Assembly (NCBI GenBank): GCA_026770705.1
Contig: JANJGN010000034.1
Span: 7,130,001-7,194,000 of the forward strand
From: Isurus oxyrinchus
Taxonomy: Eukaryota
Reading direction: 5' to 3'
Length of the DNA stretch: 64,000 nt
Part shown: positions 58,001 through 64,000 of the stretch, one piece after another
Layout of the letters: each line of letters starts with the position of its first letter
How positions within the stretch are numbered: position 1 is the stretch's first letter
Notes under the pieces: generated by a model
Databases searched by the model: none
Told to the model about the DNA's origin: nothing
What the model saw: only the letters and a program-made list of their open reading frames with translations
Translations under genes and position numbers: made by a program

Positions 58001-61000
58001 AATTATTAATAAGCATAAAATCAAGTAAATATTTTACAGGCTCGTCAATAAAAAAAGGCTCTGATGGGGTAGTACGATTAAAAGAGAGAAAGCAAAATGT
58101 AACTTAAATCAAAGGAAATAGTCTATACGAACGTATGAGTTAGGAGGACAATTAGGCCATTCTGCCCCACGATCCCGCTCCCACTTCCAATAGGATGATG
58201 ATAAATATGGCTCTGTCCTCATGTCCACATTCTCGCCTATCCATGAAATCCATTCACCCGGTTGTTCGTCAATGATCTATCTACCTCTTTCTTGAAAAAG
58301 TCATAATCAACCGCCCTGCTTCCAGCATTCGCTGGGGGAGGAAAACCCAAATGGAAACAATTATCTAAAATACACGCACAAAATCTTCCCATGTTCGCCT
58401 CAAATTGCAGACACCTTATTCTTAATATTGGCATTCACACTGAATGGTGAGAGGAGAAATGGGATAGGTGCGTTTAAAATAAAAACAGGTAATTCAGTCG
58501 ACCAAAGAACAACAGAGAATATAACCCCTGCCCCCGATCGATGGCGTCTGCATACTGTAAAAGATTCTGTAGAAGAAAAATAACTGGAAATATTACGCAT
58601 ATTTCATAGCTTGTAAGAAAAAACTGGAACAGCGGAATTCTTGTTGAAAATTGATGTAATTTCCATATTCATGAAAGAGACAAAACTTCTTCTTGACAGT
58701 CTTCTTAAAATTGGGGCGGGATAATAATGGAATACCTATTCAATAAGGTAATAGAAGAACATCTGCCATGGTTAACAGGAGTCACACACGCAGACACACA
58801 CACAAACAGATAATGTATGCGGATATATATGGGTGTACACATGTTTGGAAATAATGCTGATGAAGTGCCAGGTTTTTCAAATGGCCTTTGAACGGCTTTT
58901 ACAGTGTGCATCAATGAATGAGGTGTGATAATGTGTAGTCAGGTGACAAGAAACGGGCTGGAATGCTTAACTGGCTTCAAGACAGAAAACAGAGACTGAG
59001 AGTAAAGGTGGGTTATTCAGAGTGGCAGAAGGTGAACGTGGTTTTCCAGAAGGATCTTTGCTTGCTCCAGTATTATTTACTATTCCTTTTAACGACTTTG
59101 ACTTTGGAGTCAGAAACTCCATTTCTAAATTTGTGGCGTTCAGCAAAATGGGGAGAAAGTCAAAAGAGAAGTGCATTGCAACAAATTGCATGAAGACATG
59201 GTTAAACTTGGAGAAAGGACAAACAATTGAAAATGAACTCGAATACAGATTTGTGTAAGACACTACGTTCTGGTAGGAAGCATACTTGCTTTTTTTGAAA
59301 CGTTGAAGTCTTGGCAGGATTAAGGAAAGTAGGGGTCCGGTCTACAAATGCAGCAATCGCTAAAAGTTTCATCACTGGTGAAGAAGATCACAAAACAAAA
59401 TAATCACGAAACTTAGTTTCTGCAGGGATGTAATTTCAGAATGTTATGCTGAACCAAGAAATACATCGGGAATCCCGCAAAAAATCGTCTTTACCTAAAT
59501 GAATAGCATAGATGCATTCAAGAGGAAGCTAGATAACTATATAAGTGAGAAGATGATATAGGCTTTGAATGATAAATTTAGATGAGGAAATAAAGAAGGA
59601 ATTTTAACTGAAGCCTTAGCGCTTGATGGGCTGAAATATCTCTCTTTGTGATGTACATCCTAAGCATAACTGTAGTAAATTAAATAACCTAATTCTTATT
59701 TAAACAAGGACGAATAATCTACTACTGTTTCTATTGCTAATGTATTTAACTGTGTAGAGTTAGTTAACTAAATTTATGACTGAAACAGCAGCCATGTAAA
59801 CAAAAAATTGTTTATCTTTGCAATAAGTTACAATGATTGGCAATTTGTTCCGTCATCTGAATACAAGCAAATAAACTGACATATTCCTGCTCATTCCAAC
59901 GGGACTGGTGGGAGAATTGTAAAATTCATCGCCCATCTAAGGTAACATTTCGGCGTAAATTTCTAGACCCTTTCTGCACTGAGCCCGATGTAATAATTTC
60001 ACTTTTATCCTGCTAAACATTGTGTTTCGTCGGAAAAAATCTCTTCATACCTTACTTTTCCTTAGAGCTCGATGAGGTACAGCAAAAGTGCAGTAAGTAT
60101 TCGTTACTGCGGTGATGTATTATTTATTTCTGCCGAGATATTTCGACTTCCTGAGCACGTGTTTTTGTGCTGGCGTCCTCTTGTAATTCAGGAATCGTCG
60201 TGTAAAATTCCCCCAAAAACTATCTCCGAAACAATGGTACAAAGTTTCACATTCGGAAGTTCTTGCATTGAGTTCAAGAAGTTACTCAGTTTGTAGTCCG
60301 ACAGAGGTCAATGCTTTGCCAAAAGTTGAAATCTTCTCCGATCAAAACCGCTGTTACTTCATCGGAACAGCTTCTGCAATTGAAACATTTACTGCACGAA
60401 GAGATGTTCTGAGAGATGTTAAACATGCTGTGCAATTGACGCCAGTCTTCCTTTAAATTGGAATGCTGATGTACAGTTGTTTTGCAGATACAGGGATTGA
60501 GTGGCAAGATGAGTTATTCCTCCCCGGCCTCCCATGATGCACTCGCTCAACTTGCAGATTATTTATACTCGACGTGATTGACCCTGTAGAGATGTTAGAC
60601 AACTACCCTGCCAAGAAACGCGTCCCATTTAAATGTCCTCTCTGTGTTGGTCCTCGCTGGACAAGCATAGAAAGGGATCTACAACTTGGCTGGGTAAATT
60701 TGGAGGTGGACATTTTAAATTTCCAGGGTTACATTTGCTTAGCCGTATAAGAAGGAAGGCAGATCGTAAAAAGTAGATTCTTGTTGGTGTCATATATCCC
60801 ACCTGACCATTTGCAAGGATGTCTTGAATGTACACTTCTGGTAACATAAATAGAGTAATAAAACCAATCGGAGAAAATGTGATAAGCATTAAATGTCCTA
60901 TCAGAACTGAGACGGTTTTGAAGTTCTTAAGATTCGGCACAGTGAAAATTATTGCACTCATGGCAGCGGGTGAGAAGGGGGCGTAAACAGTCAATTAATA

Positions 61001-62345
61001 TGATAGTCCATAACAGATCGAATATGGGCTACAAAAAATGCACCTTCACTTTTTGAGTGGCTCGAACATAAATTTTCTCACTGCAGGTAACAGTCACGCC
61101 TGATAACATACATACATGCAAAAGGAGAATGACGCATATAAACCGAATTATTCATAGGGTTAAATCGAGACTGGAAGAAAGAGGCCCATCTGATTCCTTA
61201 ACACTGATATCGTGGATTTGAGCTGACTGTCCTGTTTATTTTCTGTTACTAATTCTACGTAACTCTAGTACGCATATATTGAAGAAATGTTATCCCTTTT
61301 TGCAACTTTCTATCACTCCCACTCACCCCAACACCACCCTCCATCACCCCACCCCTCCCCACTTAACCCTAAAATGGTTCTGGACTCAAGTCTCTTGCAA
61401 GCCGGACAGGGGAGTACCAATTGCTCCTTGCGTGAAGGTCCTGGCCAAAAGTACGCATTACATGGACTGTTATAACTCGCCCTGCCGCAATTGAAATCAT
61501 GTTCTACTAATGGATATAACAATTCAGTCACAGTATCTGCTCCAGTAACGTCATGTGTCAATAACAGGCCGACGGTCGAACTATTCTTGTAACTCTTACA
61601 GAAGCTGATCACGACCAAAAAGCTGAGGGTAAAGTACAACATCAAATGTGCAGTATTTCGTTTCCATTGCATTGACTACTGGCCACATGTTAGGGAAATA
61701 GTTGAATTTAATGACAGCGGACACAGTGTCCATTGTCGTCTTGTTGCCAGGGAGGGTGTTGGAACCTCGTTCTGGATCAGAGGCCTCAGCATAAAACTTC
61801 AGCTACCACCCCGAGTAAACGTTTACGTGGCTATACTGCCCAGTCGAACGTTGAATCTTTCAGGTGAAGTATTAAACTGTAATCGTTCAACTGTGCTCTG
61901 GCATTGGCATAAGGACCGAACGGAAAATAAAAGAACATGAAAGGAATTGTCCTCGTGTTGTTGAGCACTGTATACCTATGAAGAATCATTGCAAGGTGAT
62001 TATTGGTATAATATCGCTTTCAGGTTTTTCGGAGCTCGCTCTGTGTAAAATAACTCTTGTGTTTTCTTTATTATTAGCGTGTGTGTTTTCTTTATTATTA
62101 GCGTGAATGCATTTCCAAATGTGGGCCAGGCGATGTCGCATGTCCTGAGAATGTGACGGGCACCACAACAATTCTCACACACACCTGAAATGAAACAAGA
62201 ATGGTTGATGTGCCAGCATGCCAACAGTAATGACAACATAATTGAGGCGACGTTTGAGGGGAAATGTTGGTATTTGATTGCTTAAATAACCTTTCAACTG
62301 TTTATTTTAAAATACAAGAATTCGGCAAGAAAATTGGAGAATTAG
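1039..62345 (+). CDS. Internal part of a multi-microexon gene encoding a Cys-containing coiled-coil rod (33 exons, 951 nt, 317 aa in window; no start or stop exon identified)
   Basis: All 33 exons have an AG acceptor and GT donor, length 15/27/36 nt and phase 1-1. They join without stops into an E/K/L/Q-rich heptad sequence. Exon length and splice dinucleotides are kept across duplicated copies whose introns carry many substitutions and indels. Confidence 0.88.
2077..2103 (+). CDS. 27-nt micro-exon ETKLEEKEK
   Basis: ccttaacag|AAACAAAG...GAAAAAG|gtaggc; 4 copies. Confidence 0.85.
3278..3304 (+). CDS. 27-nt micro-exon ELNDIQQKC
   Basis: ctttctttctctcttag|AATTGAATG...AAGTGCA|gtgagt; strong sites; 3 copies plus homolog at 60066. 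Confidence 0.9.
3550..3880 (+). mobile_element. Degenerate tRNA-derived SINE (SacSINE1/Deu-SINE-like); paralogs at ~26170-26500 and ~42850-43190
   Basis: gtcagaaggttgtg...tcaagtcc...ttgagcac...gctgac...gacgtaaa...ccattgcc resembles the shark SINE consensus as recalled; not aligned. Confidence 0.55.
4733..5180. repeat. (CT)n plus (GATG/GATA)n microsatellite containing an assembly gap (N 4885-5112)
   Basis: Directly visible; paralogous tracts at ~27345-27650 (closed) and ~44045-44610 (gapped). Confidence 0.95.
5480..5790 (+). mobile_element. CR1-type LINE 3' fragment; paralogs at ~27950-28260 and ~44910-45220
   Basis: Degenerate CR1 ORF2 C-terminus (ctctggttatgccgcagtt; ttttccttagag...gctgagaggaga). 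Confidence 0.55.
5849..5887 (+). pseudogene. Chimeric/truncated exon relic (xLIRNCQKSLKDL), 39 nt if the weak AAG acceptor is used
   Basis: The 3' part NCQKSLKDL|gtaagg matches the 36-nt exon family. The 5' part matches intronic sequence at ~45271-45287. It lies on the 16.8-kb duplication breakpoint. Confidence 0.6.
6467..6493 (+). CDS. 27-nt micro-exon KETYKAKEQ
   Basis: ttccatttaacag|AAGAAACA...GAGCAAG|gtgaat; identical copy at 28991. Confidence 0.85.
6805..6910. mobile_element. Short Penelope-type repeat insertion with 14-bp target-site duplication
   Basis: attgtagattttat at 6791-6804 and 6911-6924; empty site in the paralog (~29315-29330); family assignment from recalled similarity. Confidence 0.8.
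7340..8560 (-). mobile_element. Degenerate L2-type LINE fragments; paralog at ~29730-31120
   Basis: Minus strand near 7785-7805 reads HMHADDT (RT YADD-like motif); paralog reads FHMHADGTHI. Confidence 0.6.
8883..8918 (+). CDS. 36-nt micro-exon ELKDCQDILNNF
   Basis: ttgactttatag|AGCTAAAG...AATTTCG|gtgaat. Confidence 0.85.
9290..10500 (+). mobile_element. Degenerate CR1 LINE; paralog at ~31870-33090
   Basis: gggaaaaatgctggaatccattatt and RVGPHLEYC (CR1 LVRPHLEYC-like) motifs; many stops. Confidence 0.65.
10535..10672. mobile_element. Older copy of the Penelope-type short repeat; paralog at ~33120-33260
   Basis: aaacagaaaatgctg...ggtctggcagcatctgtggagag...cgagtccatatg, similar to the 6805 and 25656 insertions. 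Confidence 0.65.
11189..11203 (+). CDS. 15-nt micro-exon ENVKK
   Basis: long pyrimidine tract ...attcacag|AAAATGTAAAGAAGG|gtaagt; identical exon at 33760. Confidence 0.85.
11812..11847 (+). CDS. 36-nt micro-exon ELGSCQDTIKDL
   Basis: ccgccatccag|AGCTAGGC...GATTTAG|gtgagt. Confidence 0.88.
12812..12826 (+). CDS. 15-nt micro-exon DKLKN
   Basis: ttatttcacag|ATAAATTAAAAAATG|gtaagt. Confidence 0.85.
13640..14330 (+). mobile_element. RTE-type LINE 3' remnant; paralogs at ~19554-20030 (5'-truncated) and ~36160-36860
   Basis: Degenerate GHIVRL..IRLTKQILFS...RRTRGGQ...VLKSNIK, KWHQAV and a terminal C-x2-C...HLR zinc-knuckle-like end. Confidence 0.7.
15050..15610 (-). mobile_element. CR1 LINE fragment; paralogs at ~20750-21310 and ~37570-38120
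   Basis: Antisense CR1 3' motifs (actagtggttaaac...ccataa; ccaaaatgtatcacttca). Confidence 0.5.
15683..15718 (+). CDS. 36-nt micro-exon ELSDCQQAVKDL
   Basis: gaatcacag|AGCTGAGC...GACCTAG|gtgagc; 3 copies. Confidence 0.87.
16131..16157 (+). CDS. 27-nt micro-exon EEKLTAKEK
   Basis: cccgaacag|AGGAAAAAC...GAAAAAG|gtacct; weak donor, but kept in 3 copies. Confidence 0.78.
17821..17856 (+). CDS. 36-nt micro-exon EILTCQESLKDS
   Basis: acttttctag|AGATTC...GATTCAG|gtggga; identical to exon 1039. Confidence 0.8.
18861..18887 (+). CDS. 27-nt micro-exon ETKLQGKEK
   Basis: ccttgacag|AAACAAAG...GAAAAAG|gtaggc. Confidence 0.82.
21387..21422 (+). CDS. 36-nt micro-exon ELSDCQQTVKDL
   Basis: gaattacag|AACTAAGT...GACCTAG|gtaagc. 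Confidence 0.85.
21849..21875 (+). CDS. 27-nt micro-exon EEKLTGKAK
   Basis: cccgaacag|AAGAAAAAC...GCAAAAG|gtacct. Confidence 0.75.
23493..23528 (+). CDS. 36-nt micro-exon ENLTCQESLTDS
   Basis: actattctag|AGAATC...GATTCAG|gtggga. Confidence 0.77.
24522..24548 (+). CDS. 27-nt micro-exon ETKLEDKEK
   Basis: tcttgacag|AAACAAAG...GAAAAAG|gtaggc. Confidence 0.82.
25656..25795. mobile_element. Short Penelope-type repeat insertion with ~11-bp target-site duplication
   Basis: actaaatggag (25645-25655) and actaaatgtag (25796-25806); empty sites at ~3180 and ~42482. Confidence 0.8.
25895..25921 (+). CDS. 27-nt micro-exon ELNDIQQKC
   Basis: ctctcttag|AATTGA...AAGTGCA|gtgagt; only 2 synonymous differences from exon 3278. 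Confidence 0.88.
28317..28355 (+). pseudogene. Dead copy of the chimeric exon relic (xLIRNGQKALKYL)
   Basis: Donor reads tttag|gagagg (GT lost); Cys codon TGT->GGT. Confidence 0.7.
28530..28592. repeat. (TA)n-rich microsatellite expansion
   Basis: Absent from the paralogous site at ~6065. Confidence 0.9.
28991..29017 (+). CDS. 27-nt micro-exon KETYKAKEQ
   Basis: ctctttaacag|AAGAAACA...GAGCAAG|gtgaac. Confidence 0.82.
31454..31489 (+). CDS. 36-nt micro-exon ELKDCQDILKDF
   Basis: gactttgcag|AGCTAAAG...GATTTCG|gtgaat. Confidence 0.85.
33760..33774 (+). CDS. 15-nt micro-exon ENVKK
   Basis: tattcacag|AAAATGTAAAGAAGG|gtaggt. Confidence 0.82.
34369..34404 (+). CDS. 36-nt micro-exon ELGTCQNTLKDL
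   Basis: ctccaccttccag|AGCTAGGC...GATTTAG|gtgagc. Confidence 0.86.
35351..35365 (+). CDS. 15-nt micro-exon DKLKK
   Basis: tgtttcatag|ATAAATTAAAAAAAG|gtaagt. Confidence 0.83.
38199..38234 (+). CDS. 36-nt micro-exon ELSNCHQAVKGL
   Basis: gaattacag|AGCTAAGC...GGCCTAG|gtgagc. Confidence 0.8.
38645..38671 (+). CDS. 27-nt micro-exon EETLTAKGI
   Basis: accgaacag|AAGAAACAC...GGAATAG|gtacct. Confidence 0.68.
40303..40338 (+). CDS. 36-nt micro-exon EILLCQEALEDS
   Basis: actattctag|AGATTC...GATTCAG|gtggga. Confidence 0.77.
41329..41355 (+). CDS. 27-nt micro-exon ETKLQGKEK
   Basis: ccttgacag|AAACAAAG...GAAAAAG|gtaggc; identical to exon 18861. Confidence 0.82.
42579..42605 (+). CDS. 27-nt micro-exon ELNDFQQKC
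   Basis: ttcaatcttag|AATTGA...AAGTGCA|gtgagt. Confidence 0.85.
44155..44565. repeat. ~20-bp minisatellite (gagagaaaaatagattgata)n running into an assembly gap (N 44322-44565)
   Basis: About 8 imperfect units visible. Confidence 0.9.
45700..48460 (+). mobile_element. Long decayed CR1-group LINE (RT region)
   Basis: KPANYRSICILS, QFGFRQ, ALDIK and GVPQGSVLGP...ADD motifs in broken frames. Confidence 0.85.
50125..50151 (+). CDS. 27-nt micro-exon KADLGVKDS
   Basis: tttttttctcttgcag|AAGCAGAT...GATTCAG|gtaagc; consensus sites. Confidence 0.85.
50190..50520 (+). mobile_element. Degenerate SINE (same family as 3550)
   Basis: gttggctcagc...acactctc...ggtttcaaat tRNA-like head and similar body. Confidence 0.4.
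50755..50790 (+). CDS. 36-nt micro-exon EKNDLQTKLQKC
   Basis: ctcattttcag|AAAAAAATG...AAATGCG|gtgagt. Confidence 0.82.
51000..52200 (-). mobile_element. Possible decayed Penelope-like element
   Basis: Weak RT-like remnants on the minus strand; a terminal segment at ~52105-52195 resembles the short repeat. Confidence 0.3.
52632..52658 (+). CDS. 27-nt micro-exon EENLRAVEK
   Basis: caccttttgacag|AAGAGAAC...GAAAAAG|gtaatg; homologous to the EEKLTAKEK family. Confidence 0.85.
54480..55870 (-). mobile_element. Nested CR1 LINE 3' fragments
   Basis: ORF 55085-55300 YRALVNAHLECHARYW...RRFTK..PG..GLS..ERL.RL.LY..EFRRVRGD is the CR1 ORF2 C-terminus. Confidence 0.85.
57480..59620 (+). mobile_element. 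Fragmented CR1 LINE
   Basis: NWLQDRKQR.RV...SEW...GFPEGSLLAPVLF...ND.D.GV.NSISKF (RT core) at 58960-59140. Confidence 0.75.
60066..60092 (+). CDS. 27-nt micro-exon ELDEVQQKC
   Basis: cttacttttccttag|AGCTCGAT...AAGTGCA|gtaagt; homologous to ELNDIQQKC. Confidence 0.88.
61602..61628 (+). CDS. 27-nt micro-exon KADHDQKAE
   Basis: gtaactcttacag|AAGCTGAT...GCTGAGG|gtaaag; homologous to KADLGVKDS. Confidence 0.78.
62058..62105. repeat. Perfect 24-bp tandem duplication
   Basis: tgtgttttctttattattagcgtg x2. Confidence 0.95.
62319..62345 (+). CDS. 27-nt micro-exon EFGKKIGEL
   Basis: ttttaaaatacaag|AATTCGGC...GAATTAG|gtgagt; AAG acceptor, strong donor. Confidence 0.65.
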   Translation, partial: NSARKLEN

Positions 62346-64000
62346 GTGAGTAATGGACTAAAGAAAATGTGGAAACATTGCTCTCTTATGGGTTCATTCT
62401 GAAAAATTGTTTGCTTTCCTCATGGCAAATGGGATGTCTAGACAAAGGTTAACAGGAAATCTAATCTAACGTTAACTACTTTCATGTCACTATCAATGTC
62501 AGAGACCGGGCCAGCGGCGCCAATCATGGTGATGTCCGGTAGAAGTCAGATTAACCCAGTGTGTGATCAAATATTGACAACTCGTTTATGGCGAGAACAT
62601 GTATGAGTGCGACTCGGTTTGTGTGGGAGTTCGGTTTGAGGATGTGTGGAGAGGGCGGTGTTGTATATCTATAAGGTTCGATGTGTTTGATGGTGGATGT
62701 TACTGATCTAGGTCAGAAATAAATTAGATCTGGTGGAGATCGATCGGGCTTTGCTAAAACGAAATATGCCTTTCAACATGTGTGTGTGGTCAGCTCTTTC
62801 TGGGGTCAAGTTTCATTTTAATAGCTATCTCATGAGATGTGGGCATCGCAAGCAAGGCCCTCCTTTTTTTGCCTATTCTAATTGCCTTTGAAATGTCAGT
62901 CTTGCAATACCTAACCATAGCCAATTACAGCAGATATGTTTCCCTGAACTGAAAGGGCAGAATTGATTTTATGTCCCGTTACGGAGAGGAGCTTTCAATT
63001 CATTCATTCTACAAATTGCCATGGTGGCGCTTGAACCCATGTCTCAGAGCATTTCCCTGGGACTGTGGATTACCAGTCTCGTCACAGTGTCACCATGCCT
63101 ATATCTTTTCGTTTGTATGAGAGCGGTTGTGGATGAAATCCACATTGTCCGATTGCATATGCATAAGATGTATTCTGGTTCCGGTATGGAAAATTCCCTT
63201 TATGAATAAGAACAATTAAACGTAAGTCAGAATCGATGATAATGTATATGAGCCAGTCCTGTCTAGGTAATGTATCTTTTAGATGGTACCACGTTTAAAC
63301 GCAGACTGGTGATGTTGAACAAGGGCAAGGCTGAGAGTGTTTATGAGCAATAAGGCCAGGAAATACACCTCAGTGGTTGTACAACACTCGGATGTATGTA
63401 AAACGCGCTATAGATATATAAGCCCTCCTTTCTACCTAGTGCGGCAATCCATAATATTTGTTTGCATCGAAATTTACATTCTCTAACATGAGGAAGGGTG
63501 CATAATTGGCGGTCAATTTGATGAGTGCCGCTATCTTCCACAGCCGTGAAAATGTACATTTAAGAAGGTAGATTCAGCTTTTGTGGAACAAGGTAAGTTT
63601 TCAGCCCACCACCACCCACCATCCACACCACCGCACACCCCCCCCCCCCCACCCCCACACCGGCACCCCCTGCCCCGCCCGTTTTTATATCACGGATCTT
63701 CCATAGCCATTAATCTCACAGTTACAAAGGTATGTTCCTCGCTCAGACCTGCTTTGTGCAACTGCATCAAAGAAGTTCTACAGCTTCGGCACTGCATGTT
63801 TTAGACAACTTTCATGAATTCCATAAATTCGCCATCATTATTGTGCTTTTACTTTTACCATGGTGCAGTTATGTCCGCTATAGATAACATTGCCGTGGCA
63901 ATGCAAAAGCACATCACTATTTATTGATGATTGTTAATGTATTGGTTATTATTTATTCATAAATAGCTCCATTGAGTACAAAACCAGGCAATTTATGCTG

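Noticed and set aside
1-64000. Supplied six-frame ORFs as protein-coding genes
   Set aside because: They are short, not preserved between duplicated copies, and span N gaps, microsatellites or LINE debris. A few merely overlap true micro-exons.
1-64000. CRISPR array, operon or other prokaryotic system
   Set aside because: Vertebrate retroposons and spliceosomal introns throughout; no repeat-spacer array or dense ORFs.

Overview
Eukaryotic, repeat-rich DNA, most likely a cartilaginous fish (inferred from shark-type CR1/L2/RTE LINE remnants, SacSINE1-like SINEs and short Penelope-type repeats); not prokaryotic. None of the supplied six-frame ORFs is a credible gene. Read directly, the + strand carries one gene hidden from ORF finders: 33 AG..GT-bounded micro-exons of 36, 27 or 15 nt, all symmetric phase 1. 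They splice into a stop-free 951-nt (317-aa) frame: EILTCQESLKDS-ETKLEEKEK-ELNDIQQKC-KETYKAKEQ-ELKDCQDILNNF-ENVKK-ELGSCQDTIKDL-DKLKN-ELSDCQQAVKDL-EEKLTAKEK-EILTCQESLKDS-ETKLQGKEK-ELSDCQQTVKDL-EEKLTGKAK-ENLTCQESLTDS-ETKLEDKEK-ELNDIQQKC-KETYKAKEQ-ELKDCQDILKDF-ENVKK-ELGTCQNTLKDL-DKLKK-ELSNCHQAVKGL-EETLTAKGI-EILLCQEALEDS-ETKLQGKEK-ELNDFQQKC-KADLGVKDS-EKNDLQTKLQKC-EENLRAVEK-ELDEVQQKC-KADHDQKAE-EFGKKIGEL. This is a modular coiled-coil rod with 16 regularly spaced cysteines. Positions 1-45290 are explained by two nested intragenic tandem duplications: an older one of ~16.8 kb with its breakpoint inside an exon at ~5860, and a younger one of ~22.5 kb with its junction at ~19553. No start or stop exon was identified, so the gene family is unassigned. 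Exon coordinates were counted by hand; repeat boundaries are approximate.
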